Below are positions 48,629-57,431 of a DNA stretch of 64,000 nt, piece after piece. The position numbers were made by a program, and so were the translations under genes. Source of the stretch: a virus (lineage: Duplodnaviria; Caudoviricetes); IMG/VR virus record IMGVR_UViG_3300018481_000022, positions 858 to 64,857 of that record; one strand, written 5' to 3'. Numbering within the stretch: the stretch's first letter is position 1; the number at the start of each line of letters is the position of its first letter. The notes under the pieces were generated by a model. The model had not been told where the DNA came from and ran no database searches. It saw nothing but the letters and a program-made list of their open reading frames with translations.

Positions 48629-49319
48629 GCGCTACAGATACCGGGCGCTTGGCTTGTCGCTGGCGCCTCGCGTAGTTCTCGCGGGCCCGCTGAAGCTTCC
48701 AAGCCTTCCGACACTCTTCGCCGCACACGACCCGCTTGTGAAACGTCGGGAACAAGCACTCGCACACCGCGCACTTCTTCATGGGGCGAGCCCGGTCGAT
48801 CCGCTCCTTGTTCTGACGCATCTTCGCGACCGTGCGACACCGCGGCCCGCAATAGAGCTCGAACCCAAGCGATAGCTCGAAGCTTCGCCCGCAAATTTTA
48901 CAGAGCCGAAGATCGATCGGCGGTCGACCCGAGCCACAGCGCCGCGTGCAATAGACGTGTAGGCGGGTGTACGCTTCAAAGACGTTTCGACACGTCTTGC
49001 ACTTGCGCATATTGCGATCGAACCGTGAACGTCGGGCACACAGAATCGAGCAATGCTGTCGCCCGCGCACGTACGGGAATGGCGTTTCGCATCGCTCACA
49101 AATCAGCTGTCGTTCAGTAGGCACCGGCCTCGACCGCTTCACCGGCTTCGGGGTCGCCCCGAGCTCTGCCCAAGCCGAAGCGATCAGCTCGACATCAGAC
49201 AGGCGCCGTTCGGGCCTCGGTCCGTGTGAGCGCCACCTTGTAGCGCGCAACATGACCCGCAATGGCTCTTGCGAGCCCGAGAATTCGCCTGCTACTTCCG
49301 CGGCAAGATCGGCCCACAT
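48621..49319 (-). CDS. Protein with four CxxC-x-F-x-CxxxC zinc-finger repeats; N-terminus paralogous to 46082-46855
   Basis: MWADLAAEVAGEF versus MTWRALGVEIAVEF; repeated Cys motifs. Confidence 0.65.
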   Translation of the reverse strand: MWADLAAEVAGEFSGSQEPLRVMLRATRWRSHGPRPERRLSDVELIASAWAELGATPKPVKRSRPVPTERQLICERCETPFPYVRGRQHCSILCARRSRFDRNMRKCKTCRNVFEAYTRLHVYCTRRCGSGRPPIDLRLCKICGRSFELSLGFELYCGPRCRTVAKMRQNKERIDRARPMKKCAVCECLFPTFHKRVVCGEECRKAWKLQRARENYARRQRQAKRPVSVAHG

Positions 49320-49708
49320 TTCCGAATACCCTTTCGAATACCCGCACTGACGGCCGCCGATTGCGCGTCAGTTTCCTTCGGTGAGTTCTCGCCCGTCATC
49401 GGCTGACCGTAGTGACACAGATTGGCACACGCAATATGTCGCATACCGTAGTGACTTACGCGCTGATCAACCCCGACGAAGCGTTTCGTAGCGCACAGGT
49501 CGCACTCGCACTCGATCACCGTCCACACACGAGCGGCGTCTCGACTCGGCCCGCCCTGCGCGGCCAGACCTCGAATTCCCATGACAACACGCTGACCCGG
49601 GCGAAACTTGCCAACCCACTTCGGCTTCTGGCCATTCATGACAGACCACAGCCATTCGGGAAAGACTCGGCCTCGGTAGCGTTCCCACAACAACAAGAGC
49701 TTGTTCAT
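49292..49708 (-). CDS. Hypothetical protein (SH3-like FRPGQRV, CECDLC)
   Basis: Preceded by the motif. Confidence 0.55.
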   Translation of the reverse strand: MNKLLLLWERYRGRVFPEWLWSVMNGQKPKWVGKFRPGQRVVMGIRGLAAQGGPSRDAARVWTVIECECDLCATKRFVGVDQRVSHYGMRHIACANLCHYGQPMTGENSPKETDAQSAAVSAGIRKGIRKCGPILPRK

Positions 49709-49785
49709 GCACTTCGGGGAAGTAGCCGGGCGCCTGCGTCTTCGCTGGCGATTTCGCGGGCTTGCTAGTTTGCTGTCGAAAAAGT

Positions 49786-49814
49786 TTGCACGTTGAAGCG
49801 ACGCGCGCTAGATT
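49786..49814 (+). promoter_or_regulatory. Sigma70-like promoter TTGCAC-N17-TAGATT at leaderless spacing to GTG 49821
   Basis: Contains CGTTGAAGCG shared with the 50990 and 59297 elements. Confidence 0.55.
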
Positions 49815-49820
49815 CAAGGG

Positions 49821-50030
49821 GTGAACAACTCGAAACCAGAAACCAAGTCAATCCAACACGGCGACGTCATCGTGACCAAGGGATGGGGCGACACGCGACA
49901 CCGCGTGCTGATCGTCGACAGCAACGTCGACGGCCTCGTTTTCGTATGCGTCAACCTTGAAACGGGCGCCGATTCAGTCGTGCTCGAACGCGAAATCGTG
50001 CGGGTCAACCCGCGGGTCAACCCGTCATGA
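49821..50030 (+). CDS. Small hypothetical protein
   Basis: ATGA coupling to the next gene. Confidence 0.5.
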   Translation: MNNSKPETKSIQHGDVIVTKGWGDTRHRVLIVDSNVDGLVFVCVNLETGADSVVLEREIVRVNPRVNPS

Positions 50031-50488
50031 AGACCCTTCTCGCTACCCTGACCGCGGCCCTTCTCTTGGGCGCCAGCGTCGCGCACGCCAAGCCCAGCAA
50101 GAGGCCGAAAGCGGCTTTCGCCTGCGACCTCGTCGAGCTCACGCTGTGGACAGCGCCCGACGTCTACTACTCCGACACCGTCATCGCCGTTCGACTCCGA
50201 TGCCACAACGACAGCGCGAAGACCGTACGAGTCAAGGCTCGCGATGTGTTCTTGCTGAACACCGACGGGCAGAAGTACCGACCCGATCGCGACTCCGACA
50301 ACCTCGACGTCATCTACTCCGACGACGCCTTCGGGCCCGAGCACGTCGACCACTTCATCGACATCGAACGCGACGAGGTCAAGGATCTTGGCTTCACGTT
50401 CACGGGCGGCGACGGCCTGACCGATCCGCACCTGACACTTGACGTCAACGGTACGAAATACGAACACCATCGCTCACCTGAGAACTGA
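50027..50488 (+). CDS. Secreted Ig-like (DUF4352-like) protein
   Basis: Signal peptide MKTLLATLTAALLLGASVAHA; V.L...N.S....V....FL....GQKY. Confidence 0.6.
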   Translation: MKTLLATLTAALLLGASVAHAKPSKRPKAAFACDLVELTLWTAPDVYYSDTVIAVRLRCHNDSAKTVRVKARDVFLLNTDGQKYRPDRDSDNLDVIYSDDAFGPEHVDHFIDIERDEVKDLGFTFTGGDGLTDPHLTLDVNGTKYEHHRSPEN

Positions 50489-50690
50489 CCTATGACAGCC
50501 AAGCTCTACACGCACATACGCGAGACTTCGACCGACGACCTCGTCGTCATCGTTCGGTTCTTCGACACACCGCGACTCCGACAGTATTACACCGGGCTGA
50601 TTGCGGACATTCGCAAGGAGCTCAGCGCGCGCGGCTTCTACGCGGGTCAAGCCGTTGACAGGCACGACGACGAGTCGTAGGTCAGATCAC

Positions 50691-50978
50691 ATGGATCCAG
50701 ACACGGCCTTCTTGAACATCCTTCGCGGGCACCTCGTAGCCGAACATGCCGCGGCCCTTTCCGATTGGCTCGCCAACTTCGGGTTCGCCCCACAGGAAAC
50801 ACTCGTGCCCGCCGAATGCGCGGCCTTCATCGCGCGCCATTGCCTGAAGCACTACCCGCTGACCGACCGCGAAACAATCCGAGTTCGCGCCGACAAAACG
50901 GGGCTGTGGACAGCTCGAACCGAAGGCCCATGGAAACCATTAGCGATTTGGTCCGATTTGGCCATCATAAAAGACTAG
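50691..50978 (+). CDS. Hypothetical protein
   Basis: MDP...L..WL...GF.P phage motif. Confidence 0.6.
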   Translation: MDPDTAFLNILRGHLVAEHAAALSDWLANFGFAPQETLVPAECAAFIARHCLKHYPLTDRETIRVRADKTGLWTARTEGPWKPLAIWSDLAIIKD

Positions 50979-50989
50979 GTGAAAAGTTA

Positions 50990-51017
50990 TTGCGTTGAAG
51001 CGGTCGCCTGCTAATCT
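50990..51017 (+). promoter_or_regulatory. Promoter TTGCGT-N16-TAATCT with extended -10; 26/28 identical to 59297-59324(-)
   Basis: ttgcgttgaagcggtcgcctgctaatct. Confidence 0.7.
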
Positions 51018-51051
51018 ATTCCTTGTCAGGCAGTAACAAGGAAGTATCGCA

Positions 51052-51453
51052 GTGAACGCACACCGTTTTATTCTCGCGGGCAACGCAACCTTCACACTCG
51101 TCAGCGCCAAGACGGGAACCCGGTTCACCTACCGGATCCGCGCGAAGGAAGTAGACGGCGGCAAGATGCTTCACTTCGTCTCGGTTCTCACGGGCGCCGA
51201 CAACGAGAACGACTTCACGTTCTTGGGCACCGTCTTCGAAGGCAAGACGTTTCGCCACAGCGCGAAGTCGCGAATCGGCCTCGACGCGCTCTCGGCTCGC
51301 GCCTTCACGTGGGCCTTTGGCCGAATCATCACCGATTCGCTGACCGACGCCAGCGTTCATCACGAAGGCAAGTGCGGCCGCTGTGGTCGCAAGCTGACGG
51401 TGCCCCGTTCGATCGAAATCGGGCTTGGCCCCGAGTGCGAAAACGCGGCCTGA
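51052..51453 (+). CDS. DUF6011-like zinc-finger protein
   Basis: AGNATFTL.S..TG.RFTY.I; G.CGRCGR.LT.P.SI..GLGPEC. Confidence 0.8.
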   Translation: MNAHRFILAGNATFTLVSAKTGTRFTYRIRAKEVDGGKMLHFVSVLTGADNENDFTFLGTVFEGKTFRHSAKSRIGLDALSARAFTWAFGRIITDSLTDASVHHEGKCGRCGRKLTVPRSIEIGLGPECENAA

Positions 51454-51461
51454 AAGCAACC

Positions 51462-51489
51462 GGCCCCGGGCAAAAACTCGGGGCCTTTT
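51462..51489 (+). terminator. Rho-independent terminator
   Basis: GC-rich hairpin ggccccggg...ctcggggcc followed by TTTT. Confidence 0.7.
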
Positions 51490-51513
51490 CGCTTGGAAAG
51501 ACGAACCAGACAC

Positions 51514-51744
51514 ATGGCCATCGAAGACATGATCTACGGACGCGCCAGCGTCGAAATCTACGACCGTGCGACCCCGCACGACGAGGTCGTCGAGCCCGAC
51601 CCGAAGCTTCCCGGGAACGCTTGGGTTCGCCGCGAGGTGTTCAGCTTCTGTCGCGAGCGCGAAGGCTACGTCTTCGACATCGTCGACGGCCCGGGCGGTT
51701 GGGCGCACGCCGACAACGTTCGCAACTTCCGGCGCACGGCCTGA
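51514..51744 (+). CDS. Hypothetical protein
   Basis: Plausible RBS and codon pattern. Confidence 0.5.
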   Translation: MAIEDMIYGRASVEIYDRATPHDEVVEPDPKLPGNAWVRREVFSFCREREGYVFDIVDGPGGWAHADNVRNFRRTA

Positions 51745-51786
51745 AGCGGATACTCAGCGCTTCGTCGAGGTCGATTCTTTTTCGGC

Positions 51787-51815
51787 TTGCGTTGTCAACG
51801 TATCAGGTTTACAGT
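51787..51815 (+). promoter_or_regulatory. Promoter of the TA operon, TTGCGT-N17-TACAGT, at leaderless spacing to GTG 51823
   Basis: Canonical spacing; 7 nt to the start codon. Confidence 0.6.
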
Positions 51816-51822
51816 TATCCTT

Positions 51823-52098
51823 GTGACGAAGACGGTGACGATCGCTGCGAAAGCCAAGAAGCAACTGAAGAAGATCCCTGTGCACATCGTCGCGGCCTTC
51901 CGACACTGGGTATTGCTCGTCGAAACGACCGGGCTCGAAGAGGTCCGAAAGATCCCGGGCTACCACGACGAGCCGCTGAAGGGCGACCGCCTTGGGCAGC
52001 GTTCGGTACGCCTGAACGTGGCCTATCGCGCGATCTACGTCGTGACAAGCGTAGGCGTCAGCGTCGAAGTCATTGAAGTCAACAAGCACGACTACTGA
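51823..52098 (+). CDS. higB: HigB/RelE-family mRNA interferase toxin
   Basis: GYHDEPLKG.R.GQRS.RL..AYRAIY...EVNKHDY; toxin-first order. Confidence 0.85.
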   Translation: MTKTVTIAAKAKKQLKKIPVHIVAAFRHWVLLVETTGLEEVRKIPGYHDEPLKGDRLGQRSVRLNVAYRAIYVVTSVGVSVEVIEVNKHDY

Positions 52099-52112
52099 AA
52101 AGGGCACGACAA

Positions 52113-52427
52113 ATGCGCGCGAAAAAGAAGAGCGACACGATGAAGTTTCTCGACAAGCTGATCGGGGCGCCGATGACGCTCGGCCGCATGCTGTCGAGCA
52201 TTCGAGCTAGCGAAGAGCTTTCACTCGCCAACCTCGCCAAGAAGCTCGACGTCAGCCGACAACACCTGCATGCGGTCGAAGCTGACCGCACGGCCGTCAG
52301 CATCGATCGAGCCGCCCGATGGGCCAAGATTCTTGGCTACCCCGAGCTTCTATTCGTCGAACTCGCGTTGCAATCCGAACTTCAGGCCGCGGGCTTCAAA
52401 TTCCGCGTGAAGGTCGAGGCCGCGTAA
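52113..52427 (+). CDS. higA: HigA-like XRE HTH antitoxin
   Basis: LS...LAKKL.VSRQHL..VE.....S...A...AK.LG HTH directly downstream of the toxin. Confidence 0.85.
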   Translation: MRAKKKSDTMKFLDKLIGAPMTLGRMLSSIRASEELSLANLAKKLDVSRQHLHAVEADRTAVSIDRAARWAKILGYPELLFVELALQSELQAAGFKFRVKVEAA

Positions 52428-52913
52428 ATGAACAACCGACGCCCCGGGGGAAGCACGGGCGGCCGTTGGGGGCTTTCGGCGCGCCTCCGCGCGACGACGG
52501 CCCAACTTCGACCCCGGGGCGACGTCCTACGACTCGCCGTTCAGCTCTGCCCGATGTCGTTCAAGAACCAGATCGATCCCCTCGCGAACATACACGACGA
52601 GCGGAACCTTCGTTCGCTCGCGCAAGAGCTGAAGGGCTTCGTGCTGTTCAGGGGTGAGGTGAACAGCTGTCGAAATTTTCTTGCGGGCCATGGGCGACGG
52701 CACTTCAGAGAATCCGATACCAACACACGACCATCATGATGATCGCGACGATGTTTATTACCCATCCGATGACGCTGAGCAAAACCGGATCGCCCAAAAT
52801 GCGCTTCTGCCAGCCATGCGCAAGAATCATGAGCGCGATCATTGCCAAAAGCGCCGGTGCGGTCGTTGGTAGTGTCATGATCTTCGTGCCTCCTGCGCCA
52901 TAGTGTAAGCGCC

Positions 52914-53156
52914 CTAGTCTGCCCTTCCGAGCTTTCGAACTTCCGCGCGCGCCCGCCTACGAGCTCGCCTGTTTCCGCCATACGCCTCGACGAGCTGTCG
53001 GTATCGCGACTCTTGTTCGTCGAGCTTCGCCCGAGCGGTCAACATCTGAACGCGGGCCCGAGCGGTTTCGTCGGCGTCTGCCTCTTGCTGAAGCCCGGCG
53101 GCCTCGACCGCTGACGATGCCGTGTCGATGGCCTTTCTAGGCTCGTCAGCGGCCAT
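52914..53156 (-). CDS. Hypothetical protein
   Basis: Coiled coil with NRRARR tail. Confidence 0.5.
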   Translation of the reverse strand: MAADEPRKAIDTASSAVEAAGLQQEADADETARARVQMLTARAKLDEQESRYRQLVEAYGGNRRARRRARAEVRKLGRAD

Positions 53157-53855
53157 AGCGGGCCGCTGGCTCCGTCGCCTTGGGTTCAGCTTCGGGCGAC
53201 CCGCTCGGGGCGCTGGCGACGTTCAGCGGAGCGACAACGGGCACGAGCGCCCGCTCGACCTGAGCGATTGCAACCTTCAGGTCGTCGAGCTCTCGCAAGA
53301 GAAATTCTCGGTTCGACTCGTTCTGAAGCGCGTCGCGCTGACTTAGACCCCATCGAATCGTCGAGCCTATGGCCATCTGCACTCGACCCGACGCCTCGAC
53401 TAGCGTCCCGAGTTTCAACACAAACACGAATTGTTCGTCGCTGTGCGTCGACATGACCTCTATCTCCCGGGCGCGCTCACGGTGTGGCGCTTGCAATAGA
53501 TGTGCGTCTCTGACTTCTCGCCAACCCAACCCCACGACCAACCGTCAGGCAAAACGACTTTCATCGGCTGTAGCGATATTGGATGCATGGAACCCCGAAG
53601 CGCCGGCTTCATGCGGAACAGTACGACCGCGCGTGTCTTCCTTCGGCACCCCTTCGCGTCACATACCGCTATGAACCGCTGAGCGAGCACTCGGCCCCGA
53701 CCTTGCGGCGCTCGCTGAAGTTTCGAAGCGCATCGCCGCACGTTCCGGCATCGTGCGGAATCCGACAGAAGCGCTCGGTGCAAACGTACTTTCGGCACCG
53801 CTCGCACTTCGTCACAGTCGAAGCGCTCTTGCGGGTTCGACCACAGCATTCGCAA

Positions 53856-54074
53856 CTAGGCTTTCTGACCGACATGTCTCTTCTTTCGCGTGTTGGCGCC
53901 TCGAAGCGCGCGCACGACGCGTTCGAGCTTCGCGCGCTCTTGCTGTGCGGCTTCGACAGCGAGGTGCGCGCACATCGGGCAGATCCCAACGTGCTCGAAC
54001 TCGCATGCCCAATATCGCCCGCACCCGCCGCAACGCCGTTCGTGAAGGGTGAACTCGCGCGTGATCTTGATCAC
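53856..54074 (-). CDS. Zinc-ribbon/coiled-coil protein
   Basis: CGGCG...CPMC; motif upstream at leaderless spacing. Confidence 0.6.
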   Translation of the reverse strand: MIKITREFTLHERRCGGCGRYWACEFEHVGICPMCAHLAVEAAQQERAKLERVVRALRGANTRKKRHVGQKA

Positions 54075-54110
54075 GTCGACAACTACCGCGCGCGCTCGCG
54101 CGCCGCTGAA

Positions 54111-54293
54111 CTACGGTTCGAGCGGCGGAACGCGACGAGTGACATAGATCCGCGTGTTGTCGTCGACGACGATTTCGACTTCCATCGTCAGCGCTTGTTG
54201 CGCAATCTCGTCTGGCCTCGCTCGAAATTCATCGACCGAAACCGTGATGCGCCGCTGACCTCCCGACAGTTGATCCAATACGGTAATTTCCAT
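54111..54293 (-). CDS. Hypothetical protein
   Basis: RBS AAGGA. Confidence 0.5.
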   Translation of the reverse strand: MEITVLDQLSGGQRRITVSVDEFRARPDEIAQQALTMEVEIVVDDNTRIYVTRRVPPLEP

Positions 54294-54297
54294 CGCC

Positions 54298-54588
54298 TTA
54301 TTCCTTGCAGCCGTCGTCGAGGTCGACCGCGCGCACGCGACGGCCTCGCATCAATGGCGTCGGTTCTGATTGCCGCTTCGGCTCGTCACCGTCGTCGAGC
54401 TCAGGTGCCCGGCCGCGCACGAAGCGTTCCATCGTGTCGCGCACGCCCGCGTGATAGTGCGCCGCGCTGAACGCTCGGAGGATCGATGCGATCGAAGCGG
54501 GAATCGTCGCGACATCACGACCAAGCTCGACCGCGATCGCAGACATCGCGATCGAAATGTCACCCTTCAAGTTCGAACGAATAGGCAT
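54298..54588 (-). CDS. Hypothetical protein
   Basis: Operon packing. Confidence 0.5.
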   Translation of the reverse strand: MPIRSNLKGDISIAMSAIAVELGRDVATIPASIASILRAFSAAHYHAGVRDTMERFVRGRAPELDDGDEPKRQSEPTPLMRGRRVRAVDLDDGCKE

Positions 54589-54741
54589 AGGGAAATCACC
54601 TTAGCCGAGCGTCAACCTCGACCCGCTGAACCGACCAAGCACCCCGGGCGACGCCCAACTCGACTCGCGCACGTTGCCGGACATTTCCCTATGTTTCGGC
54701 GTGCGCCGACCCGGATACCCCTGCGAATCTGTTCTCGGGCG

Positions 54742-55218
54742 TCAGCGTTTTGCCGGCCCCTTCGTGCCCGCGAGCACGGCCTCGAAGTCGCCGATGTTGG
54801 CGAAGCAATCTTGGATCGAAACAGGCTTGCCGGTGAGCCTGACGAGCCGGCGGTTATACGTCAACGCCGTCTCGGGCACTTCGGCTTCACCCCGAGCGAA
54901 CGCCCGCCCGAGCGGCGTCAGTTGCCACCATCCGGCCCCGGGCGGCGCGCGCTTCAGAAGCCCCCAATAGCGAAGCTTCGCATAGTCGCCGTTTCGGTCA
55001 CGAACGAAAGCCCGGCCGCACTGGAACGGCCGGTGCGGGCTTGCCTCGTACATCTTCAGAAGCGATCGAGCCATCGACGCCGATATGTGCCCGCGTCGCA
55101 CGCGCGCGAGGCGCGCGCAACATGGGCACCTGACCCCGTCGCCCGCGCGAAGACGCTTTTCGATCACCCGCCGAACGTGCTCGACGGTCAGGGCGCCGTG
55201 CCTATGCGTCGAAATCAT
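54742..55218 (-). CDS. Conserved phage protein (CPCC zinc knuckle plus winged helix)
   Basis: G..CPCC, DYAKLRYWGL, W.LT.LG.AF..G...VP. Confidence 0.65.
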   Translation of the reverse strand: MISTHRHGALTVEHVRRVIEKRLRAGDGVRCPCCARLARVRRGHISASMARSLLKMYEASPHRPFQCGRAFVRDRNGDYAKLRYWGLLKRAPPGAGWWQLTPLGRAFARGEAEVPETALTYNRRLVRLTGKPVSIQDCFANIGDFEAVLAGTKGPAKR

Positions 55219-55767
55219 CTAGGGGAAGTATCGCGTCGGTGTGCTTACCGCTGGCGACAGCTTCGAGCCAGTCAGCGAAGGCGTCGATATCCCGCACCGT
55301 CAGCACGCTTAGCGGCGTATAGACGTCAGTCGGCATCGTCGCGCCGACAGCTCTTTCGATGCGACGAAGCGCCTTTTGCTTTCGAGTGTTCGGCGACATG
55401 GCTCTTCCGTAGCGCCTTTCGACCTTGGCGCCAACCGTCGCGCCACAGTTCCCACATATACAAGCACAGCCCGTCCGATACTATCGGGCGACTGTTCGCG
55501 TCGATGTACTCTCGTGCGCGGAGCGCGCGCACGAACGGCCGACAGTCTTGCCAGCGCTTCGACTTCAATCCTGCCCCCGACACACCCGCTCGTCGAAGCC
55601 CTTGCAGGCAAGACACTCGCCGGTCACGAGGTCGATCGGCCCACCTTCACGGTCGGTCGCGCCACAGTTAGCACAGACCGGCATGCACTTCGCGCACCAC
55701 ATCAGGTCATCGGGGTCGAGCGCTCGAAGCTCAGCCCCACAACCTGCACACATGAAGACAGCGGCTC

Positions 55768-56040
55768 TCATGTTCGAGCCCGACGACGAACTTCATCATG
55801 ATGCGTTCGCACACATCTTCGAAGCTCGCTCTGAAGACTAGGCGTCAACCTGTCTTGCGCCCCCAAGATATTTACCGCCTCGCCAAGTGGCCCCATCAAG
55901 CTACGACCTGTCGCCCCGTCGACTTCGGTCGCGACGAACCAACACAGCGCACACAGAGCTTGTGCACTGGCCTCGACCGGATCGCACTCGGAATTCAGAA
56001 GCGCCGCTTGCGCTTCGACAAACACGTCTTTCGCGCTCAT
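55768..56040 (-). CDS. Hypothetical protein
   Basis: Operon packing. Confidence 0.5.
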   Translation of the reverse strand: MSAKDVFVEAQAALLNSECDPVEASAQALCALCWFVATEVDGATGRSLMGPLGEAVNILGAQDRLTPSLQSELRRCVRTHHDEVRRRART

Positions 56041-56044
56041 GACT

Positions 56045-56449
56045 TCAGCCCCCGCCCTTGATTACCGTGAACCTTTCACGCCGAAGCTTCTCGTTCGCCT
56101 TCTCGCCAGCTGAACGCAACATGTCACGCTGTACTTCGCCGGGCGCGTCGTTGATCCACAGCCCGACCGCGTTCAGCGCTGGCGAGGTGACACAGAAGAC
56201 CGCGGCCCATGGCACGAAGCAATAGATCCAGCCATAGGGCCCAAACGAAAGCGTGCCGCTGATGGCCTCGTGATCGATCTTCATGTCGCTGATCGACTTG
56301 GGCATGTCGTGCCCCCATTCGAAGACGAGATTGACCGTCGTCCGAAGGTACTTCGGCACGACGACGTCGTCGCGAGTCGCGTCGAAATGCACCCGCACAA
56401 GCCCGTGCGGAATCCACATGATCACAGCGTCGGCTTTTGGCGAACTCAC
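56045..56449 (-). CDS. sspB: SspB-like ClpXP specificity-enhancing adaptor
   Basis: VHFD..RD.V.VP..L, G.DMP..I.D..ID...ISGTLSF, C.VPW.AVF, C-terminal F.VIKGG ClpX-binding-like tail. Confidence 0.8.
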   Translation of the reverse strand: MSSPKADAVIMWIPHGLVRVHFDATRDDVVVPKYLRTTVNLVFEWGHDMPKSISDMKIDHEAISGTLSFGPYGWIYCFVPWAAVFCVTSPALNAVGLWINDAPGEVQRDMLRSAGEKANEKLRRERFTVIKGGG

Positions 56450-56489
56450 GCCCGAGAACTACCCGCCCCGGGCGCTGACCGCTGAATCT

Positions 56490-56819
56490 TCAGGCGCCCT
56501 TCGAGCGCCGCAAGAGCTCGCCGTATTCCTGCTCTGAAAACGCGTCAGGCGCCAGCGCCAGCGCCACGACGACGAGCACCCGCGTTCGAGCCGGCCCGGG
56601 CGGAAGCACCCCGAGCACAGACGAAATGTGCGCCATTGCCTGAAGTTCAAGGGGCATGTCTTCGGCGTCGGGCACAACAACCGGCATGAACGCTTCAGTC
56701 ATCACGAGCGCCCTTCGCATCGTCTCGACCGCATGGCTGAACGAGAGCATGCAGGGGGCGTCGAGCAAACGCCGATCGTAGGTCGCGACGACGTTCAACG
56801 CGAGCTCGCGCAACGTCAT
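56490..56819 (-). CDS. Hypothetical protein
   Basis: ATGA overlap with the upstream gene. Confidence 0.5.
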   Translation of the reverse strand: MTLRELALNVVATYDRRLLDAPCMLSFSHAVETMRRALVMTEAFMPVVVPDAEDMPLELQAMAHISSVLGVLPPGPARTRVLVVVALALAPDAFSEQEYGELLRRSKGA

Positions 56820-57163
56820 TCGGGGCCCTCGCTCGCGCCCTGCGCGGTCGCATACTTCGCCGTCTGCGCTTCGCTCTCGCACGCGATCGCGGCGTTCGCG
56901 GTCATGACCGCTTCGCGCACCTTGCGGATCGCGGCGCTCTGATCTGGCCCGGGCGGCGTCAGCTCGCGAATCACACGAGCAAGTGTATGCCCTGCGCGAC
57001 GCAAAAACACGTAGCGCATGTGCTGACCGGGACGTGGCGGGTGATACGTGAACCACTGTTCGAATTGCTCGTCGGCGATCGCGCACGCGTCGGTCGCGCT
57101 CGGTGTCGGTTCGTCGGTCGTCTTCATGTTCGGCGGCGCCTTTCGTCGATTGGTCCACTTCAT
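56816..57163 (-). CDS. Acb2/Tad1-hairpin-like protein (putative immune-signal sponge)
   Basis: FTYHPP..GQ..RY..LR....LA..I....P.G.DQSAAI.K..EAVM.ANAAIA. Confidence 0.7.
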   Translation of the reverse strand: MKWTNRRKAPPNMKTTDEPTPSATDACAIADEQFEQWFTYHPPRPGQHMRYVFLRRAGHTLARVIRELTPPGPDQSAAIRKVREAVMTANAAIACESEAQTAKYATAQGASEGPE

Positions 57164-57256
57164 GTCGCCATAGTTACCGCGGGTCATGCCGTCGAGCTGA
57201 ACGATTCGCCGGCCGTCGATCTGGCGAACTTCGTGCCGTTCAGCTAGCTATGGGGC

Positions 57257-57409
57257 ATGGAAGACCATGAAGCCGAACTCCGACTCTGTCTCGAAAACCG
57301 TCAGGTGACAGACCGAATGAAAGCGCATTTCGACGAAGACGCGATATCGTTCTCGCTCATTGGCCTAGTGGTAGCGCTCATTGGCGCTTTGCTTCATTGG
57401 GCGCAGTAA
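57257..57409 (+). CDS. 50-aa protein with C-terminal transmembrane helix (not in the ORF track)
   Basis: MEDHEAELRLCLENRQVTDRMKAHFDEDAISFSLIGLVVALIGALLHWAQ. Confidence 0.4.
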   Translation: MEDHEAELRLCLENRQVTDRMKAHFDEDAISFSLIGLVVALIGALLHWAQ

Positions 57410-57431
57410 ATCGCCAACGAAAGGGCAGGTC

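Noticed and set aside
54597-54630. Further copies of the CAGC-N19-TANYT motif (54598-54630; also about 33421-33454)
   Set aside because: Spacers are 21-22 nt and the downstream boxes are TAAGGT/TAGACT, so they were left out of the count.
57362-57380. tRNA-like GGCCTAGTGGTA D-loop
   Set aside because: No T-arm or acceptor stem; it lies inside a small membrane-protein ORF.
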